Program-made: the position numbers and the translations under genes
Shown: positions 1 through 7,383 of the stretch, one piece after another
Layout: each line of letters begins with the position of its first letter
Position numbering within the stretch: position 1 is the first letter of the stretch
Source: a virus
Lineage: Duplodnaviria; Heunggongvirae; Uroviricota; Caudoviricetes
Strand: one strand, 5' to 3'
IMG/VR virus record: IMGVR_UViG_2526164609_000022
DNA: 11,777 nt
The notes under the pieces: model-generated
Database searches by the model: none
Told to the model about the DNA's origin: nothing
Seen by the model: only the letters and a program-made list of their open reading frames with translations

Positions 1-1592
1 TTATTTATTGGTGAGTGCTACGTTCCATGGCAGGAGTTCGTCAACACGGTTGGAAGGCCATTCCGGCAGTACGCTCAGGATATAGCGCAGATACGCTTCC
101 GGATCGATACCGTTCAGTCGGCAGGTGCCGATCAGCCCGTACAGTAGCGCACCACGCTCTCCACCGTGATCGCTGCCGAAGAACATAAAGTTTTTCTTTC
201 CGAGACAGACTGCACGAAGCGCTCTTTCCGCGGCATTATTATCCGCCTCAGCCAGACCATCATCACTGAAGTTGCACAACGCAACCCAGTGCTTCCTGAT
301 ATACCGGAACGCATCTCTCAGACGGCATTTTTTCGATAACGTTGTTCTTTCTCCTGCATCAGCTTATACAGGGAAGTCAGTAGCGGTTTACTCTGCATTT
401 GCCTGACCGCCAGGCGTTCAGACACCGGCAACCCGCGTATTTCGTGCTCGATGGCGTACAGCTCACCGATTAGTTTCAGGGCTTCTTCCGCTGTCGCGCT
501 TTTGGTACTGATATATACATCGTGGACTTTGCGCCGCGCATGAGCCCAGCATCCTGCTTCCGTCAACGCGCCGCCTTCTCGTTCGGCACTGAACAGCCGA
601 TCGTAACCATTAAACGCATCTGCCTGCAGGATACCCCGGAAGGGACTAAGGTGCTGCTCCGGATGTTTACCCTGATGGTCCGGTGAGTAGGCGAACCAGA
701 CCGCCGGAGGCTCTGGCGAACCGGCATCCCTGTCATCCCGGACATACGTCCAGATATATCCTGTTTTCGCCTTCTTCCTGCCCGGTGCCAGCACTTTTAC
801 TGGTGTGTCATCAGTGTGAACTTTGCGGCTGTTCATCACATAACGGTACAGAGCATCATTCAGCGGCGTCATTAACTGGCAGCACGCGTCAACCCAGTTG
901 GAGAGTAATGCACGGCTCAGTTCGACACCCTGACGGGCAAAAATTTCACTCTGACGATACAGTGGCAGGTGTTCGCAGTATTTTCCCGTTAACACGCGGG
1001 CAAGTAACCCCGGGCCCGCGATACCACGCTCTATCGGACGGGATGGTGCCGGTGCTTCAACGATGCAGTCACATTTTGTACAGGCTTTTTTTACCCGTTC
1101 TGTGCGGATCACTTTCAGAGCGCTGCTCACCAGTTCCAGTTGTTCTGCGCTGACTTCCCCCAGATAATCCAGCTCACCGCCACACTCCGGGCAACAGCTT
1201 TCTTCTGGCTCCAGGCGATTTATTTCGCGGGGCAGATGCTCCGGTAACGGGCGACGATGACGAGACTGTCGCAACTGGCGGGGAACCTGCGGATCGTCTT
1301 CCCGCCCACTGTAACGATCACTGTCCTGTTCGCGTTGTTTCAGCAGGGCCTCAGCCTGTTCAACTTCACGACGCAGTTTTTCAGAACGGGTACCGAACAG
1401 CATCCGGCGCAGTTTTTCTATCTGAGCCCGCAGATGTTCTATTTCCCGTTCATCTTCTTCGATCTTTTCTTCGGCGCGGGCCAGTGCAGAGCGCAGGAAG
1501 GCCTCCGTCTCTTCAACCAGACTCAGTTGCTGGTCTTTCTGACGGAGCTGGCATTCCAGTTCTGCAATGCGAATGAGGTATTTTTGATTCAT
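1..1592 (-). pseudogene. tnpC: IS66-family transposase TnpC (orf3), frameshifted near the 3' end
   Basis: ORF 318..1592 (424 aa; CCPECGG motif, [20 protein letters not shown]) and ORF 1..279 (92 aa; DDGLAEADNN...[15 protein letters not shown]) are colinear with the N- and C-terminal parts of the intact 512-aa copy B TnpC. The frame changes inside the T6 (minus-strand A6) run at 328-333; adding one A restores ...RKKCRLRDAFRYIRKHWVALCNFSDDG..., matching copy B ...[23 protein letters not shown]. Confidence 0.85.
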
Positions 1593-1622
1593 GGCCGTTT
1601 TTATAATCCGGCCATGACATTT

Positions 1623-1916
1623 TTACAACATTGTCAGTGCGTTAAGGCGGGATGTTTTTGGCTGACGCCAGTCCAGCTTATCGAGGAGCATTGCCAGTTG
1701 CGAGCGGGTAATGGATACCTTGCCGTCACGCACAGCAGGCCAGATAAACTGGCCTTCCTCCAGGCGTCTGGTGAACAGGCACAGACCATCAGCATCAGCC
1801 CACAGGATTTTAATCATGTCACCCCGTCGGCCACGGAAGATGAACAGGTGACCGGAGAAGGGATTATCATTCAGCACATGCTGTACCTGTTCACCCAGCC
1901 CGTTGAAAGACTTACG
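1623..1916 (-). pseudogene. tnpB: IS66-family TnpB (orf2), 5'-truncated by insertion or junction of copy B
   Basis: ORF 1623..1877 (..NDNPFSGHLFIFRGRRGD..LAMLLDKLDWRQPK..) parallels copy B TnpB (SGHVFIFRGRNGS..LAMLLEGIDWRQPK). The in-frame upstream codons read RKSFNGLGEQVQH up to 1916 and then run into the copy B inverted repeat. The N-terminal ~20 codons and the start codon are missing. Confidence 0.8.
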
Positions 1917-1987
1917 GTAAGCGTACAGCCTGAACCGTCTGGTCAGAATCTGACGAATTAGACAAAGTGGTGTCCACCAAATAAGTA

Positions 1988-2389
1988 GTGGGAACCAAAG
2001 TGTCAGATATGCAGAAAAATGTGAATCCCGGCAGGCGAAAAGGCTGCCCTAATTATCCTCCCGAATTTAAACAGCAGCTCGTTGCTGCCTCCTGTGAACC
2101 CGGGATATCCATCTCAAAACTTGCTCTTGAAAATGGCATTAACGCCAATCTGTTGTTCAAATGGCGACAACAATGGCGCGAGGGAAAGCTGCTATTACCT
2201 TCTTCAGAGAGCCCCCAGCTACTTCCTGTGACTCTCGATGCAGCTGCCGAACAGCCAGAATCGCTCGCAGAGGATCCGGAAACCCTCAGTATCAGCTGTG
2301 AGGTAACGTTCCGGCACGGGACGCTCCGCTTCAATGGCAATGTCAGCGAAAAGCTCCTGACTCTGCTGATACAGGAACTGAAGCGATGA
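1988..2389 (+). CDS. tnpA: IS66-family accessory protein TnpA (orf1)
   Basis: First ORF inside IS66 copy B. Its stop TGA overlaps the tnpB ATG (ATGA at 2386-2389). The ORF-track start is GTG at 1988; an in-frame ATG at 2009 (MQKNVNPG..) is an alternative start. Confidence 0.8.
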   Translation: MGTKVSDMQKNVNPGRRKGCPNYPPEFKQQLVAASCEPGISISKLALENGINANLLFKWRQQWREGKLLLPSSESPQLLPVTLDAAAEQPESLAEDPETLSISCEVTFRHGTLRFNGNVSEKLLTLLIQELKR

Positions 2390-2733
2390 TCCCGTTACCT
2401 TCCGGGACCAAAATTTGGCTGGTTGCCGGTATCACCGATATGAGAAATGGCTTCAACGGCCTGGCGGCAAAGGTGCAGACGACGCTGAAAGACGCTCCGA
2501 TGTCAGGTCACGTTTTTATCTTCCGTGGGCGTAATGGCAGTCAGGTAAAGCTCCTCTGGTCTACCGGCGATGGACTGTGTCTGCTGACCAAACGGCTGGA
2601 GCGCGGCCGCTTCGCCTGGCCGTCAGCCCGGGATGGCAAAGTGTTCCTCACACCGGCACAGCTGGCGATGCTCCTTGAAGGTATCGACTGGCGGCAGCCT
2701 AAAAGACTGCTTACGTCCCTGACTATGTTGTAA
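2386..2733 (+). CDS. tnpB: IS66-family accessory protein TnpB (orf2), 115 aa
   Basis: Typical IS66 Orf2 sequence and size (MIPLPSGTKIWLVAGITDMRNGFNGL..FIFRGRNG..DWRQPK), translationally coupled to tnpA. Confidence 0.9.
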   Translation: MIPLPSGTKIWLVAGITDMRNGFNGLAAKVQTTLKDAPMSGHVFIFRGRNGSQVKLLWSTGDGLCLLTKRLERGRFAWPSARDGKVFLTPAQLAMLLEGIDWRQPKRLLTSLTML

Positions 2734-2781
2734 GCCTCTTTATCCTGGTCGACGCTGAATGAGCCTGGTAATATACCCGGT

Positions 2782-4320
2782 ATGAGCAGCTCACTTCCTG
2801 ACGATATCAATGCACTGAAACGTCTCCTTGCCGAACAGGAGGCGCTGAACCGTGCCCTGCTGGAAAAGCTGAACGAGCGTGAACGCGAAATAGACCATCT
2901 GCAGGCACAGCTGGATAAGCTGCGCCGGATGAACTTCGGCAGCCGCTCCGAAAAAGTCTCCCGTCGTATCGCACAGATGGAAGCTGACCTGAAGGCACTT
3001 CAGAAAGAAAGTGATACCCTTACCGGTCGGGTTGACGACCCGGCCGTGCAGCGCCCGCTGCGTCAAACCCGCACCCGCAAACCGTTCCCCGAATCACTCC
3101 CCCGCGATGAAAAACGGCTGCTGCCGGCAGCGTCATGCTGCCCGGAATGTGGAGGCTCACTGAGCTATCCGGGTGAGGATGCCGCCGAACAGCTGGAGTT
3201 GATGCGCAGCGTCTTCCGGGTTATCCGGACTGTACGTGAAAAGCATGCCTGTACTCAGTGCGATGCCATCGTGCAGGCCCCCGCGCCTTCACGGCCCATC
3301 GAGCGGGGTATCGCAGGACCGGGGCTGCTGGCCCGCGTGCTGATCTCAAAGTATGCAGAGCACACCCCGCTGTACCGCCAGTCTGAAATGTACGGCCGCC
3401 AGGGCGTGGAGCTGAGTCGTTCACTGCTGTCGGGCTGGGTGGATGCATGCTGCCGGCTACTGTCACCGCTGGAAGAAGCGCTTCAGGACTATGTGCTGAC
3501 TGACGGTAAGCTCCATGCTGATGACACGCCTGTCCCGGTGCTGTTGCCAGGCAATAAGAAAACGAAGACCGGGCGGTTATGGACCTACGTTCGTGACGAC
3601 CGTAACGCCGGGTTAACGCTGGCGCCGGCGGTGTGGTTCGCTTACAGCCCGGACAGAAAAGGCATCCATCCGCAGACCCATCTTGCGGGGTTCAGTGGTG
3701 TACTGCAGGCGGATGCATACGCCGGGTTCAACGAGCTGTACCGGGATGGCCGGATAACGGAAGCCGCCTGTTGGGCTCACGCCCGCCGTAAAATCCACGA
3801 TGTGCACGTTCGCACCCCGTCAGCCCTGACGGAGGAAGCGCTGAAACGGATCGGCGAACTGTACGCCATCGAGGCAGAGATAAGGGGAATGACGGCGGAG
3901 CAGCGCCTTGCCGAACGTCAGTTGAAAACGAAACCGCTGCTGAAATCCCTGGAAAGCTGGCTGCGTGAAAAGATGAAAACCCTGTCGCGACACTCAGAAC
4001 TGGCGAAAGCGTTCGCATACGCCCTGAACCAGTGGCCGGCGCTGACGTACTATGCAGATGATGGCTGGGCTGAGGCGGACAATAACATCGCTGAAAATGC
4101 GTTGCGGATGGTCAGTCTGGGCCGCAAAAACTACCTGTTCTTCGGTTCGGATCATGGAGGAGAGCGGGGAGCGCTGCTGTACAGCCTGATCGGGACGTGC
4201 AAACTGAACGGAGTGGAGCCAGAAAGCTACCTCCGCTATGTACTTGACGTCATAGCCGACTGGCCGATAAACCGGGTCGGCGAACTGCTCCCCTGGCGCG
4301 TAGCACTGCCGACTGAATAA
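2782..4320 (+). CDS. tnpC: IS66-family DDE transposase TnpC (orf3), 512 aa, intact
   Basis: Uninterrupted 512-aa ORF with an N-terminal coiled-coil/leucine-zipper region, CCPECGG zinc-finger-like motif and conserved [33 protein letters not shown] blocks. Confidence 0.9.
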   Translation: MSSSLPDDINALKRLLAEQEALNRALLEKLNEREREIDHLQAQLDKLRRMNFGSRSEKVSRRIAQMEADLKALQKESDTLTGRVDDPAVQRPLRQTRTRKPFPESLPRDEKRLLPAASCCPECGGSLSYPGEDAAEQLELMRSVFRVIRTVREKHACTQCDAIVQAPAPSRPIERGIAGPGLLARVLISKYAEHTPLYRQSEMYGRQGVELSRSLLSGWVDACCRLLSPLEEALQDYVLTDGKLHADDTPVPVLLPGNKKTKTGRLWTYVRDDRNAGLTLAPAVWFAYSPDRKGIHPQTHLAGFSGVLQADAYAGFNELYRDGRITEAACWAHARRKIHDVHVRTPSALTEEALKRIGELYAIEAEIRGMTAEQRLAERQLKTKPLLKSLESWLREKMKTLSRHSELAKAFAYALNQWPALTYYADDGWAEADNNIAENALRMVSLGRKNYLFFGSDHGGERGALLYSLIGTCKLNGVEPESYLRYVLDVIADWPINRVGELLPWRVALPTE

Positions 4321-4611
4321 CACATCCCCGTCAATACGGTTCTTGCTGCACGCTTACATTTTCATTTTCATTCCCGGCACAGATAAGAATAAGTCTTATT
4401 CTAACAATGCCACCCTGTCGGTCATCAATCCTCTGCTTAATGGCAACGACAATTATCCGACTTAAATCACAAATCAGACACATGACATAACAGAGCTTGC
4501 GAGGTAACACATCGTCCGGTTTCTTCCACCATCGCACCGGACCAGCGACCATGAGGGGACAACGCCGCGCTCCGTTAACGCGGTAAACCCCGGTGTGTAT
4601 CGTTTTTGATT

Positions 4612-4674
4612 ATCCCCGCACACTCGCGCAGAGGAGTCTCCCGGTCGGGCTGCGGTCTCTGTTAATGCGGGGAT
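4612..4674. repeat. 9-bp perfect inverted repeat ATCCCCGCA / TGCGGGGAT with 45-bp spacer, in a GC-rich noncoding stretch; also two copies of a CTCyGTTAAyGCGG motif (about 4570 and 4657)
   Basis: Read directly: 4612-4620 ATCCCCGCA and 4666-4674 TGCGGGGAT are exact reverse complements; CTCCGTTAACGCGG and CTCTGTTAATGCGG recur about 87 bp apart. Confidence 0.5.
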
Positions 4675-4709
4675 ACGGCGACAATACCGCGCATGGTTAA
4701 TAAGGTCGC

Positions 4710-4934
4710 TCAACACACTGGCTGTAATGCAGCGGATACCATGCGGCATTTAGCGGCATTCATCGTACACTCAACGGTTAGCTCTTCATTCGTGGCATTC
4801 ACCTGAAAGGTCCGGGAGTGTAATTGCGTACATTTACCACTGAACGAACCTTCAACAAGAACACGACCACGCTGCAAAATACGGAACGGAATTGTTCCCT
4901 GAAAAGGCTTTACGGTTACCAGTAATTTCTTCAT
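4710..4934 (-). CDS. hypothetical small protein (74 aa, four Cys) immediately downstream of Rz; unassigned
   Basis: ATG at 4934 preceded by GGAG 5 nt upstream, 23 nt after the Rz stop, same strand as the lysis cassette. Product MKKLLVTVKPFQGTIPFRILQRGRVLVEGSFSGKCTQ... has no signal peptide or TM segment that I can see. Confidence 0.5.
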   Translation of the reverse strand: MKKLLVTVKPFQGTIPFRILQRGRVLVEGSFSGKCTQLHSRTFQVNATNEELTVECTMNAAKCRMVSAALQPVC

Positions 4935-4957
4935 GCATTCTCCGGATAACAAAAATA

Positions 4958-5431
4958 CTAGTTAATACACTGAGTGCGGATATATTCCTGCGCCCCTTCC
5001 AGTTGCTTCTGCATTGTCATCAACCGCTCTCTGAGGGTGAAATAATCCCGTTCAGCGGTGTCTGCCAGTCGGGGGCCGGTTGCATTATCCATTCCGGAGG
5101 TGCCGGTGGCTTCACGCACGGTACCGGAGCAGGTGGCGTTGATCCGCAGGCGCTTACGACCAGCGGCAACATCAGCACGCAGAGTTTCATTTTCAGCTCT
5201 CGCATCGGCTAATTCCCTTGAGTATCTGGCATCAAGCGCAGCAACATCACGCTGGCGCTGCTGCATGTCAGTAATGGTTGCGTTTGCCAGCTCCAGCTCT
5301 CTGGCTTTTTTATCGCGCTGCGCTTTGTAGGTGATGGCGTTATCACGGTAATGGTCTGTTGCCAGCCACAGCGCACCACAGACCACCAGCAGAATAACGG
5401 TAAACGCGGAAAGCATTCGGTTTATGTTCAC
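4958..5431 (-). CDS. rzpD: spanin inner-membrane subunit Rz (i-spanin)
   Basis: N-terminal TM segment then [62 protein letters not shown], as in lambda/DLP12 Rz. The GTG at 5431 overlaps the upstream ORF stop (GTGA); an in-frame ATG at 5416 (MLSAF..) is an equally plausible start. Symbol given as family name; a Qin-type paralog is equally possible. Confidence 0.85.
   Translation of the reverse strand: MNINRMLSAFTVILLVVCGALWLATDHYRDNAITYKAQRDKKARELELANATITDMQQRQRDVAALDARYSRELADARAENETLRADVAAGRKRLRINATCSGTVREATGTSGMDNATGPRLADTAERDYFTLRERLMTMQKQLEGAQEYIRTQCIN
5020..5205 (-). CDS. rzoD: spanin outer-membrane lipoprotein Rz1 (o-spanin), embedded in the +1 frame of Rz
   Basis: 61-aa ORF entirely inside Rz in another frame. 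Lipobox LVVSAC followed by a proline-rich segment and C-terminal [13 protein letters not shown], matching lambda Rz1. Confidence 0.8.
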   Translation of the reverse strand: MRELKMKLCVLMLPLVVSACGSTPPAPVPCVKPPAPPEWIMQPAPDWQTPLNGIISPSESG

Positions 5432-5559
5432 CCCAGCAGCCCCGACGAAGACAACATCATCCAGGCCATGGAAAGAAAAAGAGCAACCAGCATTAGTGAA
5501 AATGAAATGCCGACAATTACACAGAGGATCTTCGCCAGCGTTATGAGTTTGTCTGACAT
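5428..5559 (-). CDS. hypothetical 43-aa single-TM peptide (orfY) between endolysin and Rz; unassigned
   Basis: ATG at 5559 preceded by strong SD AAGGGAGGA. Product [43 protein letters not shown] is almost entirely one hydrophobic helix. Its stop TGA (5430-5428) overlaps the Rz GTG (5431-5429). Confidence 0.5.
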   Translation of the reverse strand: MSDKLITLAKILCVIVGISFSLMLVALFLSMAWMMLSSSGLLG

Positions 5560-5573
5560 GCTTAATCCTCCCT

Positions 5574-5756
5574 TCACGATTTCAACGCAATGACCAGTTT
5601 TGCCAGCCCATACAGCATCGGGGACACAGCAACACCGACCGCCACCCACTTAATGGCAAAAGCCAGTGCTCTGCTGATGTCATCAGTTACAGGCGCTTTC
5701 AGTTCAAGGCCGTTTTTCATGGTCAACCTCAACAGAATTCGTTTATACTTCGCCAT
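5574..5756 (-). CDS. hypothetical 60-aa protein with basic N-terminus and hydrophobic C-terminal helix (orfX); unassigned
   Basis: ATG at 5756 preceded by SD AAGGGAGAA. Product [60 protein letters not shown]. Its stop lies inside the orfY ribosome-binding region (14 nt before the orfY ATG). Alternative starts are GTG 5789 and ATG 5720. Confidence 0.45.
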   Translation of the reverse strand: MAKYKRILLRLTMKNGLELKAPVTDDISRALAFAIKWVAVGVAVSPMLYGLAKLVIALKS

Positions 5757-5789
5757 GTTCTCCCTTGCCTTACTCAAGGTCAGAAACAC

Positions 5790-5823
5790 AAAACCCCGCT
5801 TGGTGCCAACAAACGGGGTTTTT
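5790..5823. terminator. GC-stem hairpin flanked by A-run and T-run (AAAACCCCG-loop-CGGGGTTTTT), candidate bidirectional intrinsic terminator located between endolysin and orfX
   Basis: 5790-5798 AAAACCCCG and 5814-5822 CGGGGTTTT are reverse complements with a 15-nt loop. T-runs follow the stem on both strands (TTTTTACTTTT on plus, TTTTGTGTTT on minus). Confidence 0.5.
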
Positions 5824-5912
5824 ACTTTTATTCACTTACGTTTCGCCAGTTCGCAGGATTTCGTGTTATCCGTCCGCGTGCTCATGCCTTATTTTTCAGC
5901 AAAATATTCTGC

Positions 5913-6446
5913 TTATCTGTCGATGTCCCAGCACGCCAGCGCACTTTCCTGGTCTCGCCGGGATACCTGACCGTAGCAATTATTTGAGCGGATACGGCAG
6001 TCTCTGCCACCGTCCTTAATCCACCAGCGAATCGCTTCGCATGCTCCCCTGCGGTCACCAGCATTAATCCGTCTGTAAAACGTCGACGGGAAACACTTAC
6101 CGGGGCCAATGTTATAGGGACAAAATGACGCGATACCCGCTTTCTGGGGTTCGGTCAGCGGCACTTTAATATTGCGCTCCACCCATGCCAGCGCCTTATC
6201 ACGCTCAATGGCGTTGACCTGGTCGCATTTTTCCTTCGACAACTTCATGCCCGGGACGACAGGTTTACTATCCACCAGGATGGCACCGCGGCAGATGGTC
6301 CAGATACCCGCGCCATCACGGTATGCCGTGGTGTGGTTACCTTCCTTTTCATCCAGAAACTGGTCGAGGATTTCAGGCGCAGGCGCACCTGCGGCAATCA
6401 GCGCCAGAATGGCAGCCGACAGGCCGTATTTGATTTTGGTGTTCAT
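5913..6446 (-). CDS. rrrD: phage endolysin, GH24 lysozyme with N-terminal signal-anchor-release (SAR) segment, RrrD/RrrQ type
   Basis: 177-aa ORF MNTKIKYGLSAAILALIAAGAPAPEILDQFLDEKEGNHTTAYRDGAGIWTICRG.. has a Gly/Ala-rich weakly hydrophobic N-terminus followed by the catalytic E-D-T triad region typical of T4-lysozyme-like SAR endolysins. It closely resembles my recollection of the K-12 cryptic-prophage lysozymes. Confidence 0.9.
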   Translation of the reverse strand: MNTKIKYGLSAAILALIAAGAPAPEILDQFLDEKEGNHTTAYRDGAGIWTICRGAILVDSKPVVPGMKLSKEKCDQVNAIERDKALAWVERNIKVPLTEPQKAGIASFCPYNIGPGKCFPSTFYRRINAGDRRGACEAIRWWIKDGGRDCRIRSNNCYGQVSRRDQESALACWDIDR

Positions 6447-6496
6447 GGATATTTATCAGGGTTTATCGATTTCAAATCCCTGGATATGTTAAGTCT

Positions 6497-6841
6497 TCAG
6501 GCCAGCGGTGGAGTCTTCAGAGAACCAGTAATTATTCCCGGTAGTTTTCCTCTGTAGGTTATCAACACATCCTGCGCCTCTAAAATTACGGGGCGCTTTT
6601 CCGGCAACGGACCATCCCCTTCACATAACCCGGCAGCAACATCCATGAAAAACTGCTTCGCCTGCTTTTTCGCCTCAGCTTCGTAAAACTCCAGCGTGGC
6701 ATCTTCAGTACGGTCAAGACTAATCGCCACATCTGGCAACAACAGTGACGGATACCCACCAATTTCCAGTGCCACAGTAACAGTAATCTTATTCGGGTAA
6801 TTATTTATCCCTTTAACAACCAGTTCGTATTTTTTCTTCAT
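6497..6841 (-). CDS. ydfR: YdfR-like (DUF1327) protein wedged between holin and endolysin
   Basis: 114-aa ORF, ATG at 6841 with SD GGGGAGAG, starting 4 nt after the holin stop and ending 50 nt before the endolysin start. Its position matches ydfR between essQ and rrrQ in the K-12 Qin prophage as I recall it; the sequence-level assignment is unverified. Confidence 0.65.
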   Translation of the reverse strand: MKKKYELVVKGINNYPNKITVTVALEIGGYPSLLLPDVAISLDRTEDATLEFYEAEAKKQAKQFFMDVAAGLCEGDGPLPEKRPVILEAQDVLITYRGKLPGIITGSLKTPPLA

Positions 6842-6845
6842 CGCT

Positions 6846-7061
6846 TTACTCTCCCCACGCCGCCTTACGACGGTCCTCTCTGATTTTGAAATACAGGTTA
6901 GTCAGATATGTCAGCAGCCCAAACAACAGACTCCCCAGCACGCCTATTGCCGCCCACTGAGACGGGGAAACCCTGTCCAGCAACTGCAGGAACCAGTAGC
7001 CCGTTCCCACCGCTGACGTGGTGTATGACACACCTGTTGTGATTTTTTCCATCTGGTACAT
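6846..7061 (-). CDS. essD: class II holin (phage 21 S21-type pinholin) with dual-start motif
   Basis: 71-aa product [71 protein letters not shown] has two TM segments and a charged C-terminus. Met1 (7061) and Met4 (7052) give the holin/antiholin dual-start arrangement. Family name essD/essQ. Confidence 0.85.
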   Translation of the reverse strand: MYQMEKITTGVSYTTSAVGTGYWFLQLLDRVSPSQWAAIGVLGSLLFGLLTYLTNLYFKIREDRRKAAWGE

Positions 7062-7137
7062 ACCCCGTCTCCCGCAATCCGGAAGCTCACAACAATATAA
7101 AGACCACCGGCACACACCGATGGTCCCTTGCGCATGC

Positions 7138-7383
7138 TTACATCATCATGTCGCTGTCAGGTGTAGGTTCACCGCCATCTGAAGCACTCCCGTCACCCGC
7201 GATACCTTCCGGCTCAGGAACCACTGCTACGCCCAGCAGCTCATCCAGAATGGCATCCACTTCTGCATCAAGACGCGACTCAAGATTCAGGCGAAGTTTC
7301 TGTTTCAGTGCGCTCCGGACTTCTTCAGAGCGCAGGACTTCCTTCACTGCCTCTGCAGTGACCAGGGATGTGATTTCTGACAT
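7138..7383 (-). CDS. hypothetical acidic 81-aa protein upstream of the holin; unassigned
   Basis: First ATG (7383) of a longer stop-to-stop frame. Product [81 protein letters not shown] is helical and acidic. The SD is weak, so the call is tentative. Confidence 0.4.
   Translation of the reverse strand: MSEITSLVTAEAVKEVLRSEEVRSALKQKLRLNLESRLDAEVDAILDELLGVAVVPEPEGIAGDGSASDGGEPTPDSDMMM

Larger units (their letters stand above)
1..1916 (-). mobile_element. IS66-family insertion sequence, copy A, partial: right end lies beyond the window start, left part (5' of tnpB, tnpA, left IR) replaced by copy B at 1916/1917
   Basis: Minus-strand tnpB-like and tnpC-like ORFs in the IS66 order. They are clearly related to, but different from, the complete copy B (TnpB about half identical by eye). 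The tnpB frame stays open up to 1916 and diverges at 1917, where the copy B terminal GTAAGCG begins. Confidence 0.85.
1917..4357 (+). mobile_element. IS66-family insertion sequence, copy B, complete (2441 bp) with imperfect terminal inverted repeats
   Basis: Left end GTAAGCGTACAGCCTGAACCGTCTGG (1917-) and the reverse complement of the right end GTAAGCGTGCAGCAAGAACCGTATTG (-4357) match at about 20 of 26 positions. It carries tnpA-tnpB-tnpC in the canonical IS66 order with a tnpA/tnpB ATGA overlap. The 8 bp flanks differ (GACTTACG vs ATTTTCAT), so there is no target duplication. Confidence 0.9.

Noticed and set aside
683-1153. Plus-strand 156-aa ORF
   Set aside because: Lies antisense inside the IS66 copy A transposase gene; Cys/His/Ser-rich low-complexity translation, no RBS, typical shadow ORF of a GC-rich gene.
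1257-1961. Plus-strand 234-aa ORF
   Set aside because: Antisense to the tnpC/tnpB genes of IS66 copy A and runs across the copy A/copy B junction; Phe/Leu-rich translation typical of the reverse strand of a coiled-coil-coding region.
2053-4323. Several minus-strand ORFs (2053..2340, 2541..2810, 2791..3066, 3221..3466, 3613..3807, 3728..4018, 3994..4323)
   Set aside because: All lie antisense within the IS66 copy B genes, which have strong family-specific sequence; no independent support.
4358-4709. Lambda-type cos site downstream of the lysis genes
   Set aside because: Position is right for a lambdoid packaging site, but I could not find the cosN-like GGGCGGCGACCT sequence on either strand, so I report the region only as a structured repeat-containing block.
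4331-4749. Minus-strand ORFs 4331..4552 and 4474..4749
   Set aside because: They span the IS66 end and the GC-rich repeat-containing noncoding stretch, with no RBS and no recognisable protein features; I treat the region as noncoding or structured DNA.
4892-5431. Plus-strand ORFs 4892..5212 and 5058..5330 opposite Rz/Rz1
   Set aside because: Antisense to the well-supported spanin genes; Ala/Ser/Arg-rich translations expected from the reverse strand of Rz.
5351-6019. Plus-strand ORFs 5351..5593, 5590..5970 and 5765..6019
   Set aside because: Antisense to orfX/orfY and the endolysin 3' end, crossing the terminator hairpin; no start signals.
6172-6557. Plus-strand ORFs 6172..6492 and 6333..6557
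   Set aside because: Antisense to the endolysin and YdfR-like genes.
6944-7135. Minus-strand 63-aa ORF overlapping the holin in another frame, and the 18-codon N-terminal extension of the holin ORF (to 7115)
   Set aside because: The holin is defined by the MYQMEK dual-start motif at 7061/7052; the upstream extension would add a Cys-rich non-holin-like leader, and the overlapping frame has no support.
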